64,000 nt of DNA. It comes from Pseudovirgaria hyperparasitica. Its lineage: Eukaryota. Below, piece after piece: positions 12,049 to 23,522 of this stretch. Position 1 is the first letter of the stretch. Each line of letters opens with the position of its first letter. A program made the position numbers and the translations under genes. Under the pieces are notes generated by a model. It was given only the letters and a program-made list of their open reading frames with translations. It had not been told where the DNA came from and did not search any database. The stretch lies in the NCBI GenBank assembly GCA_010093815.1, contig ML996567.1, one strand, 5' to 3'.

Positions 12049-12692
12049 TCGGGTTCCTGGTATTAAACCCGCGTTTGTGGAGGATCTGATATTCTTTTTG
12101 GGTGACTATCATTGCACACTCATCAGGCTACTATGTGTCATACCAGCTTACATACCTATGCATGATCGTGCGATTACGCTTAGGACGATGAGAAGCATTT
12201 GAACAATCAGATATGGCTTGTTGGTATGGTAACTATGAAGTGTTATTGGACACATCTGTAGAACGGCGGCGCACTACGGAATTTAAACCAGCGATACCCT
12301 CTTCTAATGACAAAGACACAAAATCTTTACATAAGCATGAAACTTCTCCCCCGAAATAGTCTAAACATAATCAATTTTGTGCATCACACCCACCTGTGAG
12401 AGTAGGACGCTCAGGCCACTCTGTTCACTGACAATCAAGGCGATTTCGTTAGGCTACAAATTACCGGTCGTGCCAAGCTTTCTGCGGGAGCAACCTGGAA
12501 CCTGCCGCCGCATGATCCACGAGCTGGGGTCTTCGGCGAGCTTTGAGCTTGACACTTTATATTCGCCTTTCTCAAACTCCGCGCCGTATCTGCTTTTATC
12601 GATCTCTTCAACCCGTTCATCAGTGCCTGAACTTCCCATGACACGTCCTTCTCCTTCACGAACACAATAGCGGGCTGTGCCCGCAGCTCAAG

Positions 12693-15600
12693 ATGGCTCA
12701 ACCTTCGCGAGACATCTTGGATCGCATATTTCAGGAACTCAGATCAAAGTCTACCAACACTTGCCTACATGATGGACCGATTGCTAACAGGTTATCAGAA
12801 ACGATGAGATTCGTCAAAGAGCCGCAATCGCATTGCGGCAGAACTTAGAAGCGGCGCATCGAGGTACACCCGCCTTCTCTTCATGTGGGCACACGAGCTG
12901 TCTGATTGATCACAATGCTAGAACTTCCCCCCGGGCAGTTTGCGCCCTACTACACTGATGTAAACACAAAAATATCCACTCTGGTTGTCCAGGGTACCGA
13001 AACGAATGATCGTATCGGCGGCATACTTGCCATGTTACAATTGATCGACTTTAAAGGTGACGATGCCGGGCAAAAGACAACAAGGTTCGCGAGTTATCTA
13101 AGAGTAGTCTCAAGAGGGAGTGATACCACAGCCATGGTTTGGTCGGCACGCGCCCTGGGAAAACTGGTTAAACCTGGTGGAACACTCACAGCGGAACTGG
13201 TGGAGGCAGAGGTCAAGAGCGCACTGGAATGGCTACAGATGGACCGCCAGGAGAACCGCCGTTTCGCCGCAATTCTCAACCTTCGCGAGTTAGCTAGGAA
13301 CTCTCCGACATTGATGTATCAGTGGGTTCCCCAAATTCTGGACGTCATTTGGGTAGCACTTCGAGACCCCAAGGTCCTGATTCGAGAATCTGCTGCCGAG
13401 GCCGTCAGCGCCTTGCTCGAAATCATCTCTCCAAGAGACTCACACTTTCGCCAGACATGGTTTGGTCGTGTTTATGAAGAGCTGAGGCAGGGATTTCAAC
13501 TAAACACGAATGAGGCAATACATGGCTCACTTCTCACCATGAAAGAGTTATTACAAAAGGGAGCTATGTTCATGACCGGCCAGAGGTATAGAGATGCCTG
13601 CGACACAGTGCTAAGATACCGAGAACATCGTGACCCTTTGATCAGACGCGAAGTGGTTATCATCATTCCAATTTTAGCCGCATATGCGCCACAAGAATTT
13701 GCTGGCCAGTATTTACATCAGTGCATGCTACATCTGCAAGGCCTTATAAAAAATGACAAGGATCGCAGGAATATCTCCTACATTGCAGTGGGCGAAATTG
13801 CTAGTGCTGTCAATAGCGCTATTGCACCTTATCTGGACGGTGTTCTGACCTTGATTAAGGAGGGCTTGCTCTCCAAGGCGTGAGTAGCTCCGACCAGCCT
13901 AGAAGCTGCGACTAACAATCTGTAGGCGCAATAGGAATGTGGTTGAGGGTCCGATCTTCAAGTGTCTGAGTATGATTGCGATTGCTGTTGGGCAAACACT
14001 CAGTAAAAGCATTGAGCCCCTATTGGATCCTATCTTTGCATGCGGTTTGAGCGACTCATTAACCCAAGCACTTGTTGACATGGCCCATTACATCCCTCCG
14101 TCTAAGGCTGTCATTCAGGAACGTCTCCTCGATCTTCTTAGCCAGGTTCTTTGTGGTCGGCCATTCCTTCCCTTGGGCAGCCCGTACCACATGGCCCAAC
14201 CTCCGATTATATGGACACGAGATCATAAAGAGCCCCCTATCGTTCAACAAAGAGAGACTGAGATTGCCCTCGCCCTACACACCTTAGGAAGTTTCGATTT
14301 TTCCGGACATATATTGAACGAATTTGTAAGGGATGTTGCTATCAAGTACGTCGATGCCGACAACCCGGAGATCCGAAAGGCAGCCGCTCTCACGTGTTGC
14401 CAACTTTTTATCCATGATCCGATCGTTCGCCAGGTTAGTCATCATGCCATCAATGTCGTTGGTGATGTCATCGAGAAGCTCCTCACTGTTGGTGTGGCCG
14501 ATGCAGATCCAGAAATTCGTCGCACAGTGCTTCTGTCGCTGGACACACGGTTTGACAAACACCTGGGCAAGGCTGAGAATGTGCGGACTTTGTTCTTGGC
14601 ACTCAACGATGAAGTCTTTGGCATTCGCGAGGCCGCTATGACTATTATTGGACGTCTCACTTCAGTAAACCCAGCATATGTTTTTCCATCTCTACGGAAG
14701 GTCTTGATACAACTTCTGACGGAAGTGGAATATTCGAACAGTCCAAGAAACAAGGAAGAAAGCGCCAACTTGATCAGCCATCTTGTAAATGCATCCTCAA
14801 AGCTTATCAAGCCCTACGTTGATCCCATAGTCACCGTGCTTCTTCCAAAGGCCAAAGATCCTAACCCAGAGGTAGCCTCAGCCACACTCAATGCGATTGG
14901 CGATCTGGCGATGGTCGGAGGAGAGGATATGACAAAATACATCCCAGAACTCATGGTTATCATATTGGACAACCTGCAGGATCTGAGCTCTGATTCCAAG
15001 CGAATGGCTGCGCTGAGGACCCTGGGCAACCTCGCAGCCAACTCGGGTTACGTGATTGAACCATATGAGCAGTATCCTCAGCTCCTCACTGTTCTAATCA
15101 ACATCGTTAAGATCGAGCCTGTTGGATCGCTACGCCGAGAGACGGTCAAGCTACTGGGAACTTTAGGCGCCCTAGATCCAGATAAACACCAAAAGATCAT
15201 GGAGAAATCGCCAGAGAGGAACCTTATGGAAGATGCCGATGCTGTAACAGATGTGTCGCTCATCATGAAAGGGACCACGCCATCGAACGAAGAATATTAC
15301 CCCACAATTGTCATCAACACCTTGATGGGGTTACTGAAGGACGCTTCTCTTGCGCAGTACCACTCGGGAATTGTGGATGCAGTCATGAACATTTATGCCA
15401 CTATGGGGCTCAAATGCGTACCATTCCTTGACCAGGTCATACCAGGCTATCTGATGGTCATCAAAGGAGCTGCGCCAGGGCGTCTTGAGAGTTATTTCAA
15501 TCAACTCAGTCAAATGGTCCGAATCGTCAAGCAGCATATCCGACGGTTTTTACCTGCTATTCTGGAGACTGTTCAGGACTTTTGGAACCATTCGCTAACT

Positions 15601-18600
15601 CTACAAGCGACTATCATTGCACTTGTTGAAAGCATATCGCGATCATTAGAGGGCGAGTTCAAAGTGTATCTAGCCAGTGTGCTACCCCTGATGCTCGGTG
15701 TCTTGGATCAAGATATGACCCCAAAACGCACTCCTTCCGAAAAAATCCTGCATGCTTTTTTGGTGTTTGGCTCGAGTGCCGAAGAGTACATGCATCTAAT
15801 CATCCCAGTCATAGTACGAATGTTCGAAAAGCCAGGCCAACCTCTGTCGATACGGAAGTATGCAATTGAAACACTCGGTCGATTGTCGAGACAAGTCAAC
15901 ATCTCCGAGTTTGCCGCAAAGATCATCCATCCTTTGTCACGAATACTGGCTAGCAATGAAACTAGCCTGTACAGGACAGCACTTGATACCCTCTGCGCCC
16001 TTGTCTTTCAGCTTGGCCCAGACTACATGCATTTTGTTCCTACCATCAACAAGATCCTCGCCGCACAAAGGATCACGAACTCCAACTACTCACTCATAGT
16101 TTCCAAGCTTCAGAAGGGCGAGCCCTTGCCTCAGGATCTCAGTCCAGATGAGGTCTATACCGAGCATAGCGAGGATGCCACTGCAACGGAAATCTCATCC
16201 AAGAAATTAGCAGTCAATCAGCAGCACCTGAAGAATGCTTGGGAGGCGTCTCAGAAGAGTACACGTGAAGATTGGATCGAGTGGATGCGACGCTTCAGTG
16301 TAGAACTTCTGCGCGAGTCTCCGCAGCAAGCACTTCGGGCATGTACGCCATTGGCCAGCATATACCAACCCATCGCCAAGACCCTCTTTAATTCTGCGTT
16401 CGTCTCATGCTGGACAGAGCTCTACGAGCCGTACCAAGAAGAGCTTGTTCGTTCGATAGAGTCAGCCCTGACCTCGCCAAACATTCCGCCCGATATTCTC
16501 CAGGTCCTTCTCAATCTTGCAGAGTTCATGGAACATGATGACAAAGCACTCCCAATAGACGTGAGAGTTTTGGGAATGTATGCAGCCAAATGCCATGCTT
16601 TCGCAAAGGCGCTACATTATAAAGAGCTCGAATTCAACGCGGAGCAGACTGCAAGCGCCGTGGAAGCTTTGATCAGTATCAACAATCAGCTTCAGCAGAC
16701 AGACGCTGCGTTTGGCATTCTTAGAAAAGCGCAAAATTACACCGACTTTGAATTGCGAGAAACGTGGTTCGAGAAGTTGCAGAAATGGGAGGAAGCGCTG
16801 GAAGCATATCAAAGACGAGAGAAAGAAGATCCCCATGCGTTTGACGTCACCATGGGCAAGATGCGTTGTTTACATGCGTTAGGTGACTGGGACATTCTAT
16901 CTAGCCTTGCACAAGACAAATGGGTCCACGCTTCCTCAGAATACCGAAAGGCGATCGCTCCTTTGGCTGCCACTGCGGCTTGGGGACAATCACAATGGGA
17001 ATTGATGGACAATTACCTTGCTGTCATGAAGCCGAGCACGCCTGATAGGTCGTTCTTCGGTGCAGTACTTGCGATTCATCGAAACCAATTTGATGACGCT
17101 CAGATCTATATTGAAAAAGCGCGCGAGGGACTAGACACGGAGCTTAGCTCTGTGCTAGGAGAGTCCTACCAGCGGGCATATCTTCCGATGCTGCGCATAC
17201 AACAGATGGCAGAGCTGGAAGAGATCATCACGTACAAGAAGAGCACCAACAACCCAGAGAAGCAAGCCAGCATTCGCCGTACCTGGATGAAGAGACTCAA
17301 AGGTTGTCAACCGAACCCTGAGGTATGGCAACGAATGCTCAAGATTCGGGCTCTTGTCATCACACCCAAAGAAGATGTGGAGATGTCCATCAAGTTTACG
17401 AACCTTTGCCGAAAGAACCAAAGACTTGGTTTGGCTCGGAAGACGTTGTGCGACCTCCTTGGCACACCTTCTACAGATGATATGTTGAGTTACCTTTCAG
17501 TACACAGTAAAGAGATCGATCCACATATCTCCTACGCGGTCCTGAAGTTCATATGGTCGAGCCCAAGCGAAGGACAGCCCGCAAGAGCTTTACTAGGGTT
17601 GAAGCAATTTACTGCACAAATTGCTGATGACCTACAAATCCGCACCCGAGACATTCATGCAAGTCCAAACGGTGTGCATGGCGCCCTCGCGGTGACCGGC
17701 CTGACCAACGGCTACCCAGTCAATGGAATGAACAGTCTCTCGCTCAGTGGATCCAATGGCATGAGTGGCTCATACCAGCCCCCACTTACAGCGAAAGACC
17801 TTGCAGATTGCCACAGGCTTTTGGCCAAATGCTACCTGAAGCAAGGAGAATGGCAAACTGCACTTCACCACGGAGACTGGCATCATGACCAGGTCCACGA
17901 CATTCTTTCTTCGTACAGCGCCGCAACCAGATACAATACAGACTGGTACAAGGCCTGGCATGCCTGGGCTCTTGCCAACTTCGAAGTCGTCAACTCCATC
18001 ACGGGAACACTGGAAGGAGAGCAGAAGCATGTGCCGTCGAATGTGGTGCATGAGCACATTGTTCCAGCTATACAAGGATTTTTCAAGTCGATTTCATTGG
18101 CATCGGTCAGCTCGCTGCAGGACACATTGCGCTTACTTAGCCTCTGGTTCACCCACGGAGGCCATCATGAAGTCAACGCGGCTGTCAATGAGGGAGTCGG
18201 ACTGGTCAGTATCGATACTTGGCTGCATGTGATACCACAACTGTTGGCTCGCATCAACCAACCCAACGAACGAGTACGGAAATCTGTGCACAAGCTGCTG
18301 TGTGATCTCGGACGTCATCATCCACAGGCACTAGTCTTCCCACTGACAGTTCCCATGAAGTCGAACGAAGGCGGTCGCTCGCGCTTAGCAGGCGAGCTCA
18401 TGAACGACATGCGCTCACACTCGTACAAGCTCGTAGAGCAGGCAGATATTGTCAGCCACGAACTGATCAGGATCGCCGTGTTGTGGCACGAGCAATGGCA
18501 TGAGGGGCTCGAGGAAGCTTCTCGTCTGTACTTTGGTGACCACAACATTGAAGGCATGTTCAAGACTCTCGCACCACTCCACGCAATGCTCGATAAGGGG

Positions 18601-20099
18601 CCTGAGACGCTTCGAGAAATATCATTCATTCAGTCTTTCGGTCGTGAATTAGCAGAGGCGCGCGACTGGTGCACGACGTTCCGCAACTCCAACGAAGTTG
18701 GTGATCTAAACCAGGCATGGGATCTATACTACCAGGTCTTCCGCAAAATTGCGCGCCAGCTGCCGTCTTTGATGACCCTGGAGCTGCAGTACGTGTCGCC
18801 AAAACTGAAAGCGGTCGAAAATCTCGAGCTCGCGGCTCCTGGCACGTACAAAAGCGGGGAGAAGGTTGTACGCATCGTCGCATTTGACCCAGTGTCTACA
18901 GTCATTCAATCGAAGCAGCGGCCGAGAAAGCTGTTGCTCACAGGCGACAACGGCGAAACTTATCAGTACTTGTTGAAGGGCCACGAGGATATTCGACAAG
19001 ACGAACGCGTCATGCAACTCTTCGGCCTGGTCAATACGCTACTGGAGAACGATGCCGAGTGCGCAAAGCGACATCTCAACATCCAACCGTATCCTGTAAT
19101 CCCGTTGTCGACGCAGTCTGGTCTGTTGGGCTGGGTACCAAACAGTGATACCCTCCACGTGCTCATTCGGGAGTACCGCGAGAGCCGCAAGATCCTGCTG
19201 AATATCGAGCACCGTATCATGCTCCAGATGGCACCAGACTACGACTGTCTGACCCTGATGCAGAAGGTCGAGGTGTTCGGATACGCACTCGACAACACGA
19301 CCGGTCAGGACCTATACCGCGTCCTATGGCTGAAGAGCAAGAGTTCCGAAGCCTGGTTGGATCGACGCACCAACTACACACGCTCTCTGGCAGTGATGTC
19401 GATGGTCGGATACATTCTCGGTCTCGGAGATCGTCATCCGTCCAACCTGATGCTGGACAAGTATACGGGCAAGATTGTGCACATTGACTATGGCGACTGC
19501 TTTGAGGTTGCCATGCATCGTGACAAGTACCCGGAGCGAGTCCCATTCCGCCTCACGAGGATGCTCACATACGCCATGGAGGTCAGCAACATTGAAGGAA
19601 GCTATCGAACGACTTGTGAGCACGTCATGCGCGTCCTGCGCGACAACAAGGAGTCTGTCATGGCAGTGCTCGAAGCTGTAAGTTCCGCCGTGTTGTTGAT
19701 GTGTCCACTACTAACGAACCTGAATCGCAGTTCATTCACGACCCGCTCCTGAACTGGAAGATTGGCGAGCAAAACGAGCCCGTCGAGCCATCGTTCCCGT
19801 CGGAGCGCCGCGCCTCGATCCTGGGCATGGAGACAGACCGCGACCGGCCCAGCAGCTCGCACCGACCCCGCCACCGCTCCAGCGCGGCACAGCCTCCGCT
19901 CGACGACGCCCAAGCCAAGGAGATCCAAAACGCCCGCGCAGTAGAGGTGCTCGCGCGCGTCAAGCATAAGCTCATTGGTCGCGACTTCAAGCCCAACGAA
20001 GAGCTGGACGTGCCGGAGCAGGTCGAGAAGCTGATCGTGCAGGCCACGGACCTGGAGAATCTGTGTCAGCACTACATTGGCTGGTGCAGTTTCTGGTAG
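12693..20099 (+). CDS. TOR: Serine/threonine kinase TOR (PIKK: HEAT, FAT, FRB, kinase, FATC)
   Basis: Exons 12693-12748, 12799-12863, 12922-13879, 13926-19677, 19731-20099. [21 protein letters not shown], kinase [20 protein letters not shown] and [13 protein letters not shown] end [14 protein letters not shown]. Confidence 0.98.
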
Positions 20100-20247
20100 G
20101 CGGTCATGTGGTGGTGGCTAAGTGTTTGTGCATCTTCTGTAAGTGGGGAGACATGGCGACTGACATGTTGTAATGGGAATGGGTTCGGGTTCGGAATAGG
20201 GAATCATAACAGAGATGACAAATAGCGACAGAGAACGGTGTGCTTGG

Positions 20248-20283
<36 letters not shown>

Positions 20284-20286
20284 TGC
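20248..20286. repeat. (TGC)n microsatellite
   Basis: About 10 perfect TGC units plus degenerate units, downstream of the TOR stop. Confidence 0.95.
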
Positions 20287-20622
20287 TACCACTGCTACTA
20301 CTTAATACTGTTGTAATCCATTCCATCCATTAGGGGCCCTCGCTTCTAGCGGCATTTACGGCGCTTCGTTGGACGACGGGACAGGCAGGGGACGGGCGGC
20401 GTATAAGGGAGTTTCTTTTTTATCTTTTCTTGTATCTTGAGAGAAGTGTGACTCGGGGCGGCGCATGCGCAGAATGGTCTTTTTTTTTCTACCACTACTA
20501 CTATTACTCCTTCCTAAGATGGGGAGACAGTAAGTTCTTCTGGCTATTAAATGTATGTACTAAAGAATGTATGTACTTGAAATGTTACTATGGTGGCAGA
20601 ACGTCGTGGTTCAGGGAGGGTA

Positions 20623-20625
<3 letters not shown>

Positions 20626-20655
<30 letters not shown>
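20626..20655. repeat. (TG)15 microsatellite
   Basis: Perfect dinucleotide run in the TOR/transporter convergent intergenic region. Confidence 0.95.
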
Positions 20656-20657
<2 letters not shown>

Positions 20658-20941
20658 GTGGGTCTAGGTATAATTAGGTAATCTTGTTTTATATCCATCT
20701 TCGACACTTATTTGGATTAGGGGTAGGTAGATGGCTTTGGATATGGATACGATAGGAAGTAATTGGCTGTTTTATGCTAGGTGGGCGGACGGATTGGGTA
20801 AGTGGTGGTTGTGGTTGTGGTGTAATGGGTTCTCTGGGTACTTACTGTATTGTATTATATTATATGATATCGCGTTTTAATGCTATGCTTGATTATTTTA
20901 CTTTCTCCATGATAATACTTTCCAACTTCACCCATCCGTAT

Positions 20942-22824
20942 CTAAACCACCTCTTCAACACCCCGCCTCTTCTGCACCCCATTCGCATCCCCTATTCCCC
21001 GCCCATTCCCATTTCCACCCGCACCCCCCTCTGCACCCCTCAGAACCCTCTCTCTCGCACGCCCCAACATACTCGGCCTTCTAGTCCTCACTTTCCTCAC
21101 CCCCTCCTTTGCCCCCTCACCCCCCTCACCCTCAACCACCACCTCTTCATCCCCCTCATCCCCATCCTCCCCATCATCATCCTTCTTAACCCACCCCCCC
21201 TCATCCCGATCCTCCTGCCTCTGCGGCCAGAGAATCTGCCTCAAATACACCGCGCGCAACATAGCCGCAAACACCGCCGTCCAGGCAACGACCAGCAAGC
21301 CCGTCATGACGCAGCCGAGGATATTCAGGGCGGGGAGACCGGGTTGGGAGGATGCGGAAGCGAGATCTGTTCGTTGGGATGTGGATATATGATGGTGGGG
21401 CCCAAACGCACGGGCGATTGCGAAAGTGGCGGTTGTGAGGGCGGTGTTGGGGAAGATGAAGGAGTACCAGGGCATGGCGAAGCGCATTGTGCCGCGGGTG
21501 GCGGGCGACCAGTGGGCGAAGACTGAGACGAGGAAGAACCAGAATGCGAGGCTGTTGGTTGGTTAGTTAGTTAGTTAGTTAGTTTATCAGTCGTGTGCGT
21601 TCAGGATAGGGTAGGTTAGGTGTCTTAAGGGGTAAAGGAAGCAAGGAAAAGGGGAAGAAAAGTAGAAGAAACTCACCCCCATAACCACAACCCCGCCCAA
21701 TTCGCCACAATCTTCGTAACCTGGCCCGCAAGCACCCCATCACCCATGAAATCCGCACCCACAACCTGCGGCACCAACTGACCCATGCCAACAATACCGG
21801 AGATCGTGAAGCCGCTGGGTCCGACGCTGATGAACATGCCCGGGCGCAGACTTTCCTTTGGCAGTTTTTGCGTCATCAGACGGTACAGGAAGGCCGAGTA
21901 GATCATGAGCGAGACCATGAAGCCGATGCCCTGCAGGACGACGCCGCCAATGATGATCTCGAGCGCGGCGGACGGGGAGGTTTTGCTCGCGAGGTTAGAG
22001 GCATGCGGGCCGACGATGAGGAGCGGGTAGGCCGGGAAGATCCAAACGGGTGTCATTTGGGAGATTGTGAATGTCTGTGTGGACCACCTGGTTTACGTTA
22101 GCATAGATGTAGGAACACTCTAACCCTACTCACATGATGAGGTATATCCCGCTGGACCCCAGGATCGCCGCAGCACAGTACACCCAGTACAGCACAATCA
22201 TCGTGTCCGTCAGCCACGGACCTGTCTTGTCGCCGACGCCAAACTCGGAGATGTTCAGCAGGATCGTGCCGACCGAGATGATAGACGCCGGGATGAACAG
22301 TGACTCCGTCGGATGCAGGAAGCTCGCCTTGAACGTCGACGGGTAGAGATAGAAGCGCGCGCTAATCATGGCAACGTTGAAGGCAAAGAGGACAATGTTG
22401 AGGATGAAAAACACACAGCCGAGCGCGTACAGACCGGGGAATTGGTACGGGACTATGTGTTGTCGCTGTCAGTCAGTCAGGTTCGTGGCCATCCGGGTCG
22501 CGGAGAAGACAGACCATGAGCCAGCACATTTGCAATTCCACCGGTCGCCATGGTCATTGTGAACCACGTCCACGTGAAATGGCGCACGCGGTCCCTGAAG
22601 CGAAGTCTAGTATGAGACATGGACTGCTGGCTGCTCCCAGGATCTGCATGCGCTGGAGTACGGCAATCACAATGAACATCACCGTCCTTCCGACGTTTGG
22701 CTGCAAAATCACGGTCAAACGGGTCGAACGCGTCGTTCATGAATGGGGTCGGGGGTGGGAGTCCAGAAGCTGCCATATCTTCCACCCGGCCTTGGACGCA
22801 CGAATTGGCCGTCCTGCTGCTCAT
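20942..22824 (-). CDS. MAE1: C4-dicarboxylate/malic acid transporter (SLAC1/TDT family, Mae1-like)
   Basis: Exons 22824-22515, 22452-22134, 22087-21677, 21551-20942. Family motifs [58 protein letters not shown] and WYSFIFPN. The start could be a later ATG. Confidence 0.9.
21562..21582 (-). repeat. (CTAA)5C tandem repeat forming the branch-site region of transporter intron 3
   Basis: The minus strand reads CTAACTAACTAACTAACTAACCAACCAACAG up to the acceptor at 21552. Confidence 0.9.
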
Positions 22825-23522
22825 GGTCGAGTTCGACGACGTGTGCTAGGGTGAGTGAGTGAGTGATAAGAGAAGAAGGTCTGCCTGCAGGTGGTGTTGG
22901 AAGGATTGGCGTGAACATCTGAGATGGGCTGCTCTTTTAACGTAGCTGAGCTCTGTTCGATTGGGTCATCAACTTGCAGCAGAGACATGATGTCTTGAAA
23001 AAAAGAGTCGGGCACCAGAGTCTCTCAGGCGATGCAGTAAAAAATTGCATGTTAGGCGATGACGAAGGTTGGTTATCAGTGGGGACAGTGCGACGCTACT
23101 GTATCAAGGGCCGAATCGAATGCCGGGACGTACGGGACGAGGACGGGCGGCTAATGACTTAGCCGGTTAGGAAATTTCCAGGTTTGGCAGTACATACATA
23201 CATACCTTTCATTCCTTGGCGGGGCAGTTTTTGATCGTGTCGACATCCAATGTCAGGAACTCAGCCCTTGCGGGACATTCTCTTGCATATCTATATGTAC
23301 TCTATACTGCATCTTAAAATCGCCGCTTGGAGCATGACAAAGGTACGCCGAATTATAATACAGAAGCAGAAGCTATGAAACTGCCATCTTCATGTGTCGC
23401 ATTATCCATCCATCACATCACACATTACCGTCTTGCATTCACTCATGCAGCACATATGCAGAATGTACATGGAAAACAAAGGAGATGTGGGAACAAAAAG
23501 ATAGACATAGGTGGGCTCGGCT

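Noticed and set aside
20774..21526. 250-aa + strand ORF
   Set aside because: Low-complexity antisense shadow of the transporter's last exon.
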